From Balanoglossus misakiensis (Eukaryota > Animalia > Hemichordata): a DNA stretch of 64,000 nt. Each line of letters opens with the position of its first letter. Position 1 is the stretch's first letter. Where the stretch lies: the NCBI GenBank assembly GCA_040954595.2, contig CM082588.2, positions 8,168,844 to 8,232,843 on the forward strand, read 5' to 3'. Below, one piece after another: positions 43,918 to 56,900 of this stretch. The notes under the pieces are model-generated. The model was given only the letters and a program-made list of their open reading frames with translations. It searched no databases and had not been told where the DNA came from. The position numbers and the translations under genes were made by a program.

Positions 43918-45912
43918 CATCATCAGGTACAAAAGTTAAATACATTAGAAAGTCGACCATGCAACCAACCTCTTGGGGCACAGGGATTTTGTTCAGATAT
44001 TTAAAGTTTAAACAGTTTCACTCATTGGTTTTTCAATCAGATGGACTGAGTCAATTTCCCTATCCTACACATGTTGGCATATACACATGTACACATGTCC
44101 CCATGTTAAATTGTTCATGCAGTGTCCCCACATAGGGAGTACGTATGTGTATGTGTACGTGTATGTGTGCGTGCGTGTGTAAGTGCGTGTGTGTGTGTCA
44201 ATGTGTGGATATCTCAATTCCTACAATATTGGAGAAGGGTACTTAAGTCTGGAATTGTTGTTTTTTTTTTGTCAAGGAAAGAATCTGTTTATTATAAATA
44301 ATTAATTGATGTATTGTTCTTTTTCCCCCAAATTGTATTATGGAGAACAGTCACGTGACCCATAAGCAAGATGGCTGCTTCCAAGGTCAACTCGCTCAAT
44401 GTTTTCAGGCCGTCCAGTTACTGCGTGCAGCTTATAACCAGAGTGTGATCGCCGATGAAGGGTGTACGTGCTTCCCGATCAGCTTTGCCAAATCATAACA
44501 TAACGTCAACGTTGAATGGTTCAAGTGCCATGTCGAAAATAACGTCAGCCAATCACTGTGTTTGTATGTATTGTCCAATGAGTACTTACAGTACTATATA
44601 GCCTATACAGGAACTTTATAGTTACCTGTATTAATTCAGCACTTTTATGCAATGATTGCTTTTTGTATATATATATAATATTTTTATACTGATAAACATT
44701 AAATTTTTACAACAAATTCCACTATGTACATGGGAATTATGGGCAGTCTGATTAGGCAAACAAAATGACACTATACCGGTACTGTTATTCCCCTATTGGG
44801 CTTCTGAATCCTTTCACCACCATGGATCAGTCCAAATCAATTGTTTTTTTATGGTAAGGTGCGTTCCCGGGGGTGCGTTGAACCTATAAAGAGGGAACAA
44901 ACAAAATTGTTTCTTTACATACAGCAAAGGGGTCAATATTTTACACTTATGAAACACCATTGATTTGTACACTGAGAGACTCTATGACATTCCATGTGTT
45001 CTTGATATCACTAAGAGGTTAAAAAAGAGCGACTTTGTCTCTTCAATGAAGTTTTGGAGCAAATTGTCATTTACATCAGGAGAAAAAATGTAAATATATA
45101 CTTTAGACATAAATCCTGTATATGAACGTTTCATCATTGTAATAAAGTTCTTATAGATTTATTGCAACACACTTGATATTCTTTCTCTGTTTCATTTCCA
45201 ATGTCTCACCCGGACAGACCTCAATCTCTTTGCCTACCAGGTGCAATGTACCCCCCCCCCCCTCCCCTTTTCAATATATATTTAAATTTTATGAACAGGC
45301 GTGTTGAATTAGGTCAACGTCGATCAACTTAAATTGGAGCTAGACAATCATGTGACCATAATGCACATATTACTACTGGACTTCACACTCGAGTCAATCA
45401 ATGTGTCCCAAACCGTCTTTTTTGAGGGTATGTGGTTACAACATAGTTCACATAGTCTCACGTGTGACCTCATATCACTTGAAAACAAGAGACAAAGTTC
45501 ACTTTTGGCAAAATGTCTTTATTGACCTTATGAGAGCAATCATCATAAAATTAGGAGCAAGGTGAGATAAGCTTGAAAGTAATGTCATCACTGCAGCAGG
45601 CTGTCTTCAAACTTTCTTTCTCAAAATTTAGCAACGTTTTAATATTTACATATCACCATGGAGGTAAGCATAGCTGTATGACTGCACAGTCAACATCACA
45701 ATTCAGATTGACACTCAAAATGTCTGCACTTCATCATTTCACAAGAAATGACCCAATAAGATGTGCCATTACAAATGTTATTTGCATAAATTTCATATAC
45801 ATGTATTTACAACTTGATTTTCTTACAATGGAAAATCTTTCCATACCCACCGTGCCATACCATAGACCCTTTCTCTAGGGTCTATGTACCCACCTACCAT
45901 GCCCCTAATACC

Positions 45913-47110
45913 AGGTTCACACATACCCCTTTCTCACGTGCCGTCAACGCTGCCCCAGCGGCAGCGCTAGGGCGGCGTTAATTTGTAAGTGCCACGTGTG
46001 AAAAGGTGAGAGCGGCCCTGCGCCGCTCTTTTTTTGTGACGGCGTTGAGGGGTGGGACCTGGGTCGGGGCGCCGCACTAAACAGCGATTCAAATCACGTG
46101 TGAACAGAAACACCGCACTAAACGCCGATCTAAACGCACTCTGCCGACGCGGTTTGAGGGGATACAAGTGGCAGTTTCTAATGAGCTTGCATGCAAAATT
46201 ACCCCTCTGAAAAGAGCGATGTTTAGCACCTTGCTTAGTCAACGGTCAATTTGCCTTGTTGCTGATGGTCATCAGTAAAATGAGGAGCCCCAAAACCTAC
46301 AGGCAAAGCCTTGAGGTAGTCGGAACTTACTGCAGCTTGGGCTCTGCTGAAAAAATTGAGACGCCCAGTGGAAGTGGTAGTGAAACTTGTAGCAAAGTTC
46401 ATGGTGATAATTGCTAGGCAACTAGGTCTTGCCATTGTCTGGCTAAAAATACATCCCTGTGCGTGAATAAATTAAAAACGTCTTTGTCCCAAGGGACCAA
46501 CTCAAAGCGTTCCCACATCCCGGTATGCTTTTACTACTAGCATGGAGTCATGCTACTAGTATATTACGCACTGGTTTCAAAGCTGTAAGACTCACAGGCG
46601 GTACCGTAGAAGCGCTTATACTTATAGGATGACTGTACAAAAACTGGAAAAGTGTGGATTTTCTCGGATCTTCCATTTATTTGATGTGGAACAACAAATG
46701 GGACAAGTGGCGAAATGTGTCCTTGATTTTCAATCGCACCATGAAGCCTATTTGAACCTAATTTGCATAAATGTCCGAAGGGGTCGTTCTGGCACTTTGA
46801 CTCATTTTTACCCCCATTGTTTCATCTTTTTGTAAAGAATAATTATTTTTTCCTGGTCGAACCGAAGGATAGATTACGGTATACGCTGTTTGGGTATAAG
46901 TCCAGAGCTACATATACAGTAAACACATCACTGAATCCGCCATTGTGACCTTTAGCCACTCTGCTGTGGACGCATTGAGTGCGGTGACCCCGTCCCTTTT
47001 ATACACATGTGAATGCAAAACTATTTGAGTCGCTGATAAGAAATGTTTACCAACTTTTATAATCCAAAAAAGGGCGCCCTAATCATTGCACGTGTGCAAG
47101 CGACTACAGG
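45913..47110. mobile_element. GC-rich degraded DNA-transposon relic (possibly Harbinger-like)
   Basis: CpG-rich stretch with recurring TCACAC / CACGTGTGAA-type subterminal motifs; borders and class are uncertain. Confidence 0.3.
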
Positions 47111-47916
47111 GTAAAATTTGAGACACTATTTGCCTTTTGTAAACACAGAGAATTAATCCTTTAGGTCCTTGTGTCCACACACACAAAGTTGATAGGCACT
47201 GAGGCTCGGCCCCATAGACTCTTATATCAGCTTAGACCCTTACATTTCAGGACCACTTAAATTGTTCACACATAATAATTTATGCCAGTATTTGACCTGA
47301 GACGTTTCAGAAACATCTCAATGGGCCCTGTCTGAACCCCATGTAATACTAGTAATAGCCTTTTTGTCTGTTTATTGAGAAACTGTAAAACGGGAAAATT
47401 TTCGCCATATCAAAAGCGACAACTGTTACGTGACTATTAATTTTTGCGTTCTCATATTTCTCTGAAAAACATTTTAAACTATTTATTTCCATGTTTTTTT
47501 TGGCTCTCGTGTAGTTCACGGAAATTTCCTGTTTTACAGTTTTTGGGATGCCAGTATTCCCTAAATTGCAATCTTTATATGTGTATTACACAGAACCAAA
47601 TGCAAGCTGTCTGTGTTAAAATGGCAAAGTCATGTCCTGAAAACAGATTTCTCAAATTTGAAAGTTCAACACAGATTTTAAATGACACTGAAATGGAGAC
47701 TATTGGAATCTCACACTCCCAAGGACCTGCGTTCACATTTCTCACACAAGTTGGGGAAATATCCTCAAGATGACCCATCAACATCAGTTTGCAATGATCT
47801 GTCACAAACTTTATACAAAGTCTGTACGTCAATAAATATATTTGTTGGCTCGCTGCTTGGAGTTTGGCCAGGCTTTTCACCATGTGGAGCTGTTTAACTA
47901 TGCTGTACTCAATTGT

Positions 47917-50900
47917 CTAGTCTTCACTATCACTGCTTACCTAAAAAAAAAGAACAAGAACATCATTAAATTGTTGCCTGTCAACGTCATTCAAATTTTC
48001 AAGCCATATATTCATACATACACACACATACCTAGGTCACTGCAACTTCAAAACTGCAAAAATGGTGATACAACATGTAGTTGGTGACTCTTGGCAATGT
48101 GTGAGTTGTTGTCTTGTCACATCAAGAGACCGATACTTGCTGGTGAACATTTTAGTCCAGTTGCAGTGACCCAGGTCATACTGACAGATCAGCCAATCAC
48201 ATTGGCTGATCGAATCCTGCCAGCGGCCATTTTGTTTTACAAATTGAAGCAGAGGGGTCTGGGTAACTAAGACTAGGGTATTTGGTTGCAGATATAAAAC
48301 CTGTCAGATGAAAATTACTATTTCGGGTGAAATAGTCACCTCATTTCGCTTAGTGATTTCTTTCCAACCATATGTACAAATTTTACTTCTGAAGCCTTAC
48401 ATCCAAAACCAAAGACTATCCCTTGCTGTTCATGACCTCGTTTTACTTACTTTGAGAAAGGGATGGTCCAACAACTGACTGGCAGTCCATCTCTTGGTGA
48501 GATCATGTTGCAAACAATGAATGATAAATTCTTGACCTTCAGCACTTAGTGTTTCTGGTATGGTTGGAGTCGCTCCCTCACCAACTTTATAGATTATGGC
48601 GTAGTTGTGATCAAATTCGTGCCATGGTCCCTGTAGAAAGGATGAATGGTACAGTACAATAAATAAGAAGCAGACGTCACAATGGATAATCTGAGAATAT
48701 ATCACATTTGTCTGTAGTTTTTGAATCATGTCTTAATTAAAGGTTCTATGCAGTGTCTTGTTCAAATTCATGAAACAGGATGAAATGCCCAACCTTAAGT
48801 CTATAAACACAACGTGTATGTGTATCATTAACATTGTTTTGGTGCAAAATTTAAATTCAAGTCTGGGCTAGAATTCATTTGTCAACAATAACAATGGTCG
48901 TTACACAATTAAAGTCTATGCTAACAAGTGGAGTACTTAGTATACTTAGCGTGCTGTTTGCCGTAGAACAAGAAATTGTATTTTTGCGTAAATGTTGCAT
49001 AGTTACGTGTATGTCCCTATTATGTTTAGCTTGTAAGCCTCAGAAAAGTGAGAAATATGCAGGATTTTGCATAAATGGAACCACCGTATAAAGTGACTAC
49101 TGTCAAGAGTGTTTTACCTTTCCAGTCGCCATTTCAATAATGATGCATCCCAAACTCCAAATATCAGCAGCCCTTCCATAACCACTTTTATCAGCTTGTG
49201 TTATCACCTCCGGTGCCATGTATGCTGTAACATCAACAGAAAATCTTAAATTCTTTAAAGGAATACGGTCACCTATGTAAATGTAGCTACAGTTACCATG
49301 GCAAATTTAGATCTAGGCAATCACAGATTTTCAGTGGGTGACACACATATAAAAAAGAGCACCACCATATGTTCTTTAGAACACTCAGATACGCCATTTT
49401 TGCCATTCATGTAAATTGGAGGTGACTGTGTACGATTCAGTACCCAGCACTGCAGGTTGCTTGTGGAGTTCATGTGAGTATATCATTGAAAATTCTAAAA
49501 AAAAATATTTTTTTTTTCAATTCAAAATATTCCCTTTCTTTATAGGTGCTCTACCCCAGTTGACTGAGAGACACAGAAATTCATCAAACTGTTACTAGAT
49601 TGACAGTTATAATAGTCATTCACATGCAAACATAGTGAAATTCTCACCTGCAGTTCCAACGAAGGCATTCAGTTCACACCTCATTGTACAGTGAGACTTC
49701 AATTTGATTGAACTTCCAAAATCTCCCAACTTGACATGTCCATCTGAAGACAGAAATATATTGGCACCTGGAAACAAATCAACAATATATTAGCAACTAG
49801 AAAATGGAAATATAAAAGCACCAACACAAAGAGAAATTGAAGCACTAAGAACACTGTGGTCACATTTGCTCAGAAACGTTACATTCAATGAGACACATTC
49901 ACTTGGCAGTTGGGCTCAATTTTCAACAAACACATACTTACATCTTTAACATCAGATAAATAAACAAATTATGAGAGAATAAATTGATAAAGATGACACA
50001 GTGAATTCCTAGTACCCTGCAAACTAAAATTCAAAGAATTTCATACTGGAAAAATAAGGTTAAAATCAGATTAGAGCATAGAAGCTCCCGTTGAAAATCT
50101 CTGGCTTTACTGGGCCAGTAAACCAATCAGAAGGCGCCTTATAGAGAACGATAGGTATCCTTCAGTGTAGATCGATGTACTATGCAACCTGATTGGCCTA
50201 GGTTGAACGGGAGCTGCTACGGGAGTTGGTTAGATGTAGTGTGAAGCGACAGTGAAAGGATACAGTACAGCGCAAGTAAAAGACGTCACCGTACCCTTAA
50301 TCTGATTTTAATCAGATTGCCAATGAATGTACAGAGTCTGATTTCTGCAAAGGAAATATTTGAGCAAACTTATTACAAAATTCGAAGGATACTACCTGTG
50401 CCTTACCTTTGATGTCCCTATGGACAATGCCACTCTCATGTAGAATATTGATGGCTGTAGTGATTTCATACGTGTATCTTCGTATGAGGTGTTCTGGTAA
50501 ACCTTGTCTCGCAGCCTCTGCTAATGTTCCTTCATCACAATACTCCATAAACACTAACAACTCATCCTGTGTAGAAACAAAATCATTATCAGTGATTATG
50601 GACTGACAAGAGAATCTTTCAAGTGATGAATGCAGAAATATTGACCTTTAAAGGGACAAAGTCTCTCTCTCACTGCCTTTTTTCCATTAATTATGTTTGA
50701 TACAAGACACTGTTTATGTTATTCTACATGTGGATTTAAAGTGAATCAACATTCGACCACACACACCTTCCATCCCGCTTGTATGATATGAGAGTGAAAA
50801 CTCGCCCAAAATTAAATGGTAAAGAGCGATTATCCATTTTGGTGAGTTTTTCACTCTTGTGTCTACAAGCAGGATGGAAGTTGTGTGTGGTCGAACATGG

Positions 50901-53900
50901 ATTCGCTATATATCCACATGTAGAATAACATAAACGGTGTCTTGTATCAAACAAAATTAATGAAAAAAGGGCAGCGAGAGAGAGAGACTCTGTCTCTTCA
51001 GGAAAGCAATTACCTGCTATTTTTCAGTCATCTGACAAAGATTCCCTTTTTATAACCTTTGATGAATACAGCCAATATCAGAAACATATTTTTTAAAAAA
51101 ATCAGTATTCAGGATAAGCTAAAATAGTTTTACAAGTTTTCCTTTATCGAGTACATGTATATCCTGTCGTGTGTTGACTGTTGTAGTGTTGTATCATAAT
51201 GCAAGAATGAACAGACAAAGGCAGAGACAATTCGGAAATTGGTCCTTCTTACCCTGTGCACTTCCACACCGTAGTATCGCACCAAGGAAGGGTGCTTAAG
51301 ACTTTCAAAATTCTTGATTTCATCAGCGATGTCTTTTATTATGCTGTGGTCATTGCGCATAAATCTGATCTGAAATATAAAATCAAAAATAGTATGAATG
51401 AGATTACGCTCTCATTTTGATAGAAAAAAAAAAAAACTACTGGCCCGTACAGCTGTGCTGTGATTCTTTGCACTATAAACAAGAGAAGCGTTTATGAAGA
51501 AATAGTGACCAGACAAATTCATGATCAGCTAATGCCATAGTCAATGTTCTTAGATTTGAAACAAAAAAATAACTGCATAAATTTGTTAAATATGCAAATA
51601 AATGCTAATTAACATGCCACAACTAAATGTCTCATAACACAGTAAGATTTCTGACAAATCAATCAATATCAATACATGTAGCTGGCAAGTTTTATCACAT
51701 TCAGTGCTGCAATGTCAGAAATATACATTTACTAATGGGTAAAGTTCATTCGATATACCCCTCACAAGTCCATAGTTGTCTGATAACTGGGTCAAGGACA
51801 AAACTCACCGCTTTCATTGCCAAGGTCTCACCAGTGTCCATATTGATACACGAATAGACAGTGGTACCTGTCTGGCCTTCACCTATAGACAGAACAATCA
51901 TTAATGATGTAGTAACTTGCACTACTGGTAACAGAAAAGATATTTTAAATAACGCCATGAAGTGAAATCAATCAAAAACATGACTTCATAGGCTCTACAT
52001 ACAGTAAAACTTCGCGAGAGCCAAAAAACGTGAAAATAAAAAGTTGCATAAATGATTTTCAGAGAAGTCGATGCAGTTAGTGAAATAGCAGAACGTGAAA
52101 ATTAATTGTCGCGTGCATAACAGTTGCCTCTTTTGATATCGCGAAAAGTCCTGTTGCGAAAATTTCCCGTTTTACAGTAGTTCAACTTCACACAGACAGA
52201 CAACAGCAACATGCATCGTTGTCAGTATTGATTTTGATTCATGACTTTCAAGTCGTTGTAAAAATCATGCAGTCACATATTATCTGCGACCACTGATTTA
52301 CGTCAGCCTTCTGTAAACTCTCATCAAAGACTCACCAATTTTAAATCCCCTCTGCCATCGGAAAGTGACTTTCTTACAACTGATGTTTATCGTCTCTGGA
52401 TACGCTGTTTGATCTAAGACTTTACCAATAACTTGGTCTTTGTGCAGAATCTTGTCTCTCTCTTCCTCTCTCTCATCTAAGGCTCTTCTGATTCGACTCA
52501 GTCTGCCTTCCGCCATCACAGTTTCGTCAGAATCACAGTCATGACTTGGTAGCTCATGTCGTTGACTATGTATCTCTCCTTCACTTGCAATATGTCTTGG
52601 TGAATTCGTGAGAGATTCTACAATAAAATTTTGACATAATGATAAAAAACTATAGGCACACAATCACATGTATATTCAAATTTTGATGCACATTCTATGT
52701 TTTTACAAAATGGTCGCCGCCATATTGTCTGTTGTTAGGACAGCACACTGCCTTATGGCATTGACTATATGCAATTTTTGTAACCAGTCTCTGGTTTGGC
52801 ACATGCGCATAAGACGATTGTGGCCCTTTAACTAATTCAGCAGTTTAAAGAATTCTGAAGCCAAAGTCCTGAGAGAGGATTGCAAATTATGCATGAGGGA
52901 GCCATTTATATCATCTACCTTCTCTGTCCACTGTCTGCATTGACCCTGTACTGTCATTGTCATATTCCGACACTTTCCTGGAGCCATCTTGTAAAGCTGA
53001 CAGACAAGCTGAAGAAGAAACTGTTGGTATCGGAGGTTCACTGACTGTAGATACATGGGAGAGTGACCTTGAGACTGTACTCAGTGAGGACGGCCATGAC
53101 AATGGTCTATTTATAGATGCCCTGGGTGACCCAAACTCAGCTGGACTATTAGCACGATAACCTGAAACATAAATCACATCAATGGAAATGGATTTTATTA
53201 TTACACCATCATTTGAGCAAATTTCACAGTGTAATGCAATCCATTTAAAATCAGATGTAGGGTACGGCGACGTCTTCTACTTGGCGGTACGGTATTCTTA
53301 TGTGAATGAGAAACAAGCCCTATTGACCTTTAACTCTTTCACCCCCACCACCCCCAGTTCCCTCTTTAGAGGTCCAACCTTACTACAGAAAACAATGGGT
53401 TTGGATTGAACCATTATAGTGAAAGGGTTCCACACAATGCCATACCTGCTGGACTTCCAGGTGTCTTGTCTTGTGCTCCGATCACATGTGATATACATGC
53501 GTTCATTAAACTCTTCAGGTCCTGTAGTCAGAGTTACGTGAACATGTAACACAATAAGAACAAGAAACATAGTAGCTGATTGATAGAGCTTTGCTGAGGT
53601 ATTTTATTTGACATAACATACATTATTAGAGATGTTCCTGAAGGATTTACTTATTAAAGGGACATTAGCTGTAACATTTGGCTTTATTTCCACACACACT
53701 TGCGCATGTATACATTGGTAGGACTATTGAAGCTCAAGCTCAAATAAACTGTACAGACTGATTATTCATTGTGGCAAGTTTTTCACTCTCATGTCTGCAA
53801 GCAGGATGGAAGTTGTGTGTGGTCGAACGTTGATTCAATATATATCCACATGTAGAATAACATAAACGGTCTCTTGTATCAAACATAATTAATGGCAATG

Positions 53901-56900
53901 GGCAGCGAGAGAGAGACTTTGTCCCTTTTAATAATAAGCTGGATACAGTGTACTTCATCACACTTCGGGGATTTGAACAAGATAAAACAAAAAAGTACAA
54001 CAAACTAGGTTTTCTTCTCCTTTGAGACATTGCACTACTCACCTGAAATTCTTGATCACTTAGTTGTGATAAGTTCCTTGGTTCACACGCCACAATCAAG
54101 AAGTCCAAACCTTGGTTTGCCCACCTTTTAGCAGAAGAATAAAATGTCAAATTAAAATGAATGGAAAATTACTGGGTATTTCACTAGCAAAGAAAATAGT
54201 TATCTTCACACAAGCAATACCTTTCATTGAATCAGCCTCCATACAAACAGTACGCAGCTATCATGGTATGCGTCGCCAAGAGATGACAAACTGATGCAAA
54301 TGCAAGTAATATGGCATAATGGTGAGGATTTTAAAGGATAAGGAATAGATTTGAAGTATTTTATTGTGGAATAATGTGAAATTTGGCAGCTCTAGAGGCT
54401 TTAACTGACTTTAAAGAAGACAACAACTTTACCTTGGTCTGGTACCTCTACCTCGTTCACACTTCTCAAGCACAAATTTCATCCATTTTGTTGCTAAGTT
54501 CAATGACCCTTTTCCCAGTTTCTGCCAAGCTTCACCTGTTACCAAACGACTCACTTCCTTGTGGTACTGTAGAAGACATAAATTGAATTATATAATACAT
54601 TTGGCAACGAGTACAAAATCTTAAATCGCTGTACAGAACGCCCAATTTTTCTCACACTCTGATCTCACACTCCCAGCGTGCCAAGAGTGTGAGAACATGA
54701 GTTTACTGATTCTCTTCATTGAGCCACAGCAATGCTCATGTTTACATTGTCCAGGTACAGATTACACCAGAAAAGTAGTGCATGCACATTTCACCGTGAG
54801 AACTGCGCTTACCTCAAAGCCAAGGTTAAACCCATGATGCATAGTCTCTTTGTAATAATCCGAGTCTCGTCGATTAATCTTCTCCACTTCATCCCCATCA
54901 TCCGATTCCATGATCACATTAATCTCATCATTAATCTGGTAAATCGCAGTCTTGATGGTTACACACAGTGTCAATGCATCAGACTAGAGGTGTGAAACAC
55001 AGATACACTCTGTTATTTCTCATTGTAGCCTTTAGCGACCAGAGCTCTTGGACTGTCTTTGTACTATGCGTATACTGTACAACAGGAAATTTTCGCGAAC
55101 GATAAATTTTCACGAACTAGCATCCCTCTGAAGTCACTCACATAAACTGAACAATGGTGATTGGGTGCAAGGTTATAGTGAAGGCAGGGCTAATTTGAAT
55201 TTAAAATGTTACCCATCCTTAATTACACATATGTATATCCTTTGTCCAATCATTGGAAAAACAAAGTCACTGATTGACTTCAGAGGGATGCTAGTTACAT
55301 CACAATTACCAGCAAGGGGTATGGGGTTTTATCGGGCCAGTGGCATGAGTGAGGCTAGACGTTAGTTTTGGAAGCAAAGCGGACAAAATACAGCTAGATA
55401 CTAGACTACATGACCATAGACACACAACTATCTATACATACAGATGAAAGACACCAAAGGATCCCGTATAACCCTAACACTGCCAAGTCAGTTGAAACTG
55501 GTTTGATTTCCAGGGTGCCTAGAATCCTGGCTCCCAGGCCTGTTAGACTGCCAAGTGCGTGTTAATCAGTAGGGCCTATACAAGACCCTCAGACCAATAC
55601 AGTGCAAACCAGTGCGATTTGGTACATTTTACAGGGGGCTCAGACTGCCAAGTGTGTCTAAGTACGTATGAGAGCCATGTCAAGACAGTCAAAATACGTT
55701 TTAGAAGAAAAAGTGGCAAATACGTATTTTAAGAGACTTGACACTCTAAACAGGTATGACACCCAGTAGCATTAGGGTTAAACTTGAAACAACCAAACAG
55801 GACCTACCTTCAGTTCTTCCATGGCCTCAGCAATGCCAGGATGACTGGATTTCTGTTCACTGATCAACAGAACTTTATCCCTCATCAGTTTGGAGAAGTG
55901 TTTCCTTTGGATCTGTAGTTGTGAAGACTGGTTCACCACCAGCAACAGTCCACTGACCTGTAAACACAATTTCTGATTAAGAAATCTCTTACAAAAACTT
56001 TAAAGCAGAAATATGTACATGTATTTGCATATTTTTCATGGGTTATAGCTCATGAAAACTGTCAAAAGATGACAAATTTTCCGACTTTGCTCCTGATTGT
56101 CTAACAACTGACGCAAAGTACAAACAATAGCTATGCAAATACGCCTAGTCTGTCGCCCAGTGACACCTATTGGAGAATGGTATCACCCACACCATGGTGG
56201 GCGGAAGTTGCTCCTGGCGCTTTTTTTCCCATGATTCAAATTACAGTAAACGCCACATATTGGAAATTCTGTCAACTTTCCCTTTTTTTGTAAAATATCG
56301 CGCGACTTATACATGGCAAATATGTTTTTTTCTGAAAGAGTGACCTCAAAGCTACCAAATTACCGTAATCACTCCATCAGTTCAACTGCTCCGTTAATTC
56401 AACCATAATTATTTTATAACCTTCAATTGTTTGACCACTGATTAAATGCATGATCTTGATATTGTGTATTTTTCATGAAGATATCTGCAACTTTGACCTT
56501 CCAAGGTATTCAGAACTCACTGATTTTATTGTGTTTGACCTCAAACAGTTCAATTCTATCATAAATATCACCTAAACTACATGCTGATAGTGCATACAGT
56601 TCATGCCATGCAAACATGCCCCCTGAAAAATTATTCAAGAACTTTGAGTGGCCATTTTTTTGCTTTTATTTTTATTCTATTAGTTTGTCTTTTCACAAAT
56701 CATTTTTTTTTCTGGCCGAACTGATGGAGTGATTACGGTAAGTAGAAATCAGCTGGAGCGGATTTCCCCTTTAAGAGACTTGACACTCTAAACAGATACG
56801 ACACCCAGTAGCATTAGGGTTAATCAGTCTGGCCTACCAATGACTCACCTCTATGTCAGATAATGCTATCGTGGTTTCAACAGATGGGAAAACTTGCACT

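Noticed and set aside
45967-46948. Short ORFs in the GC-rich intergenic block as a transposase or novel gene
   Set aside because: No DDE or Myb-like motif, and no consistent splice or phase structure could be supported.
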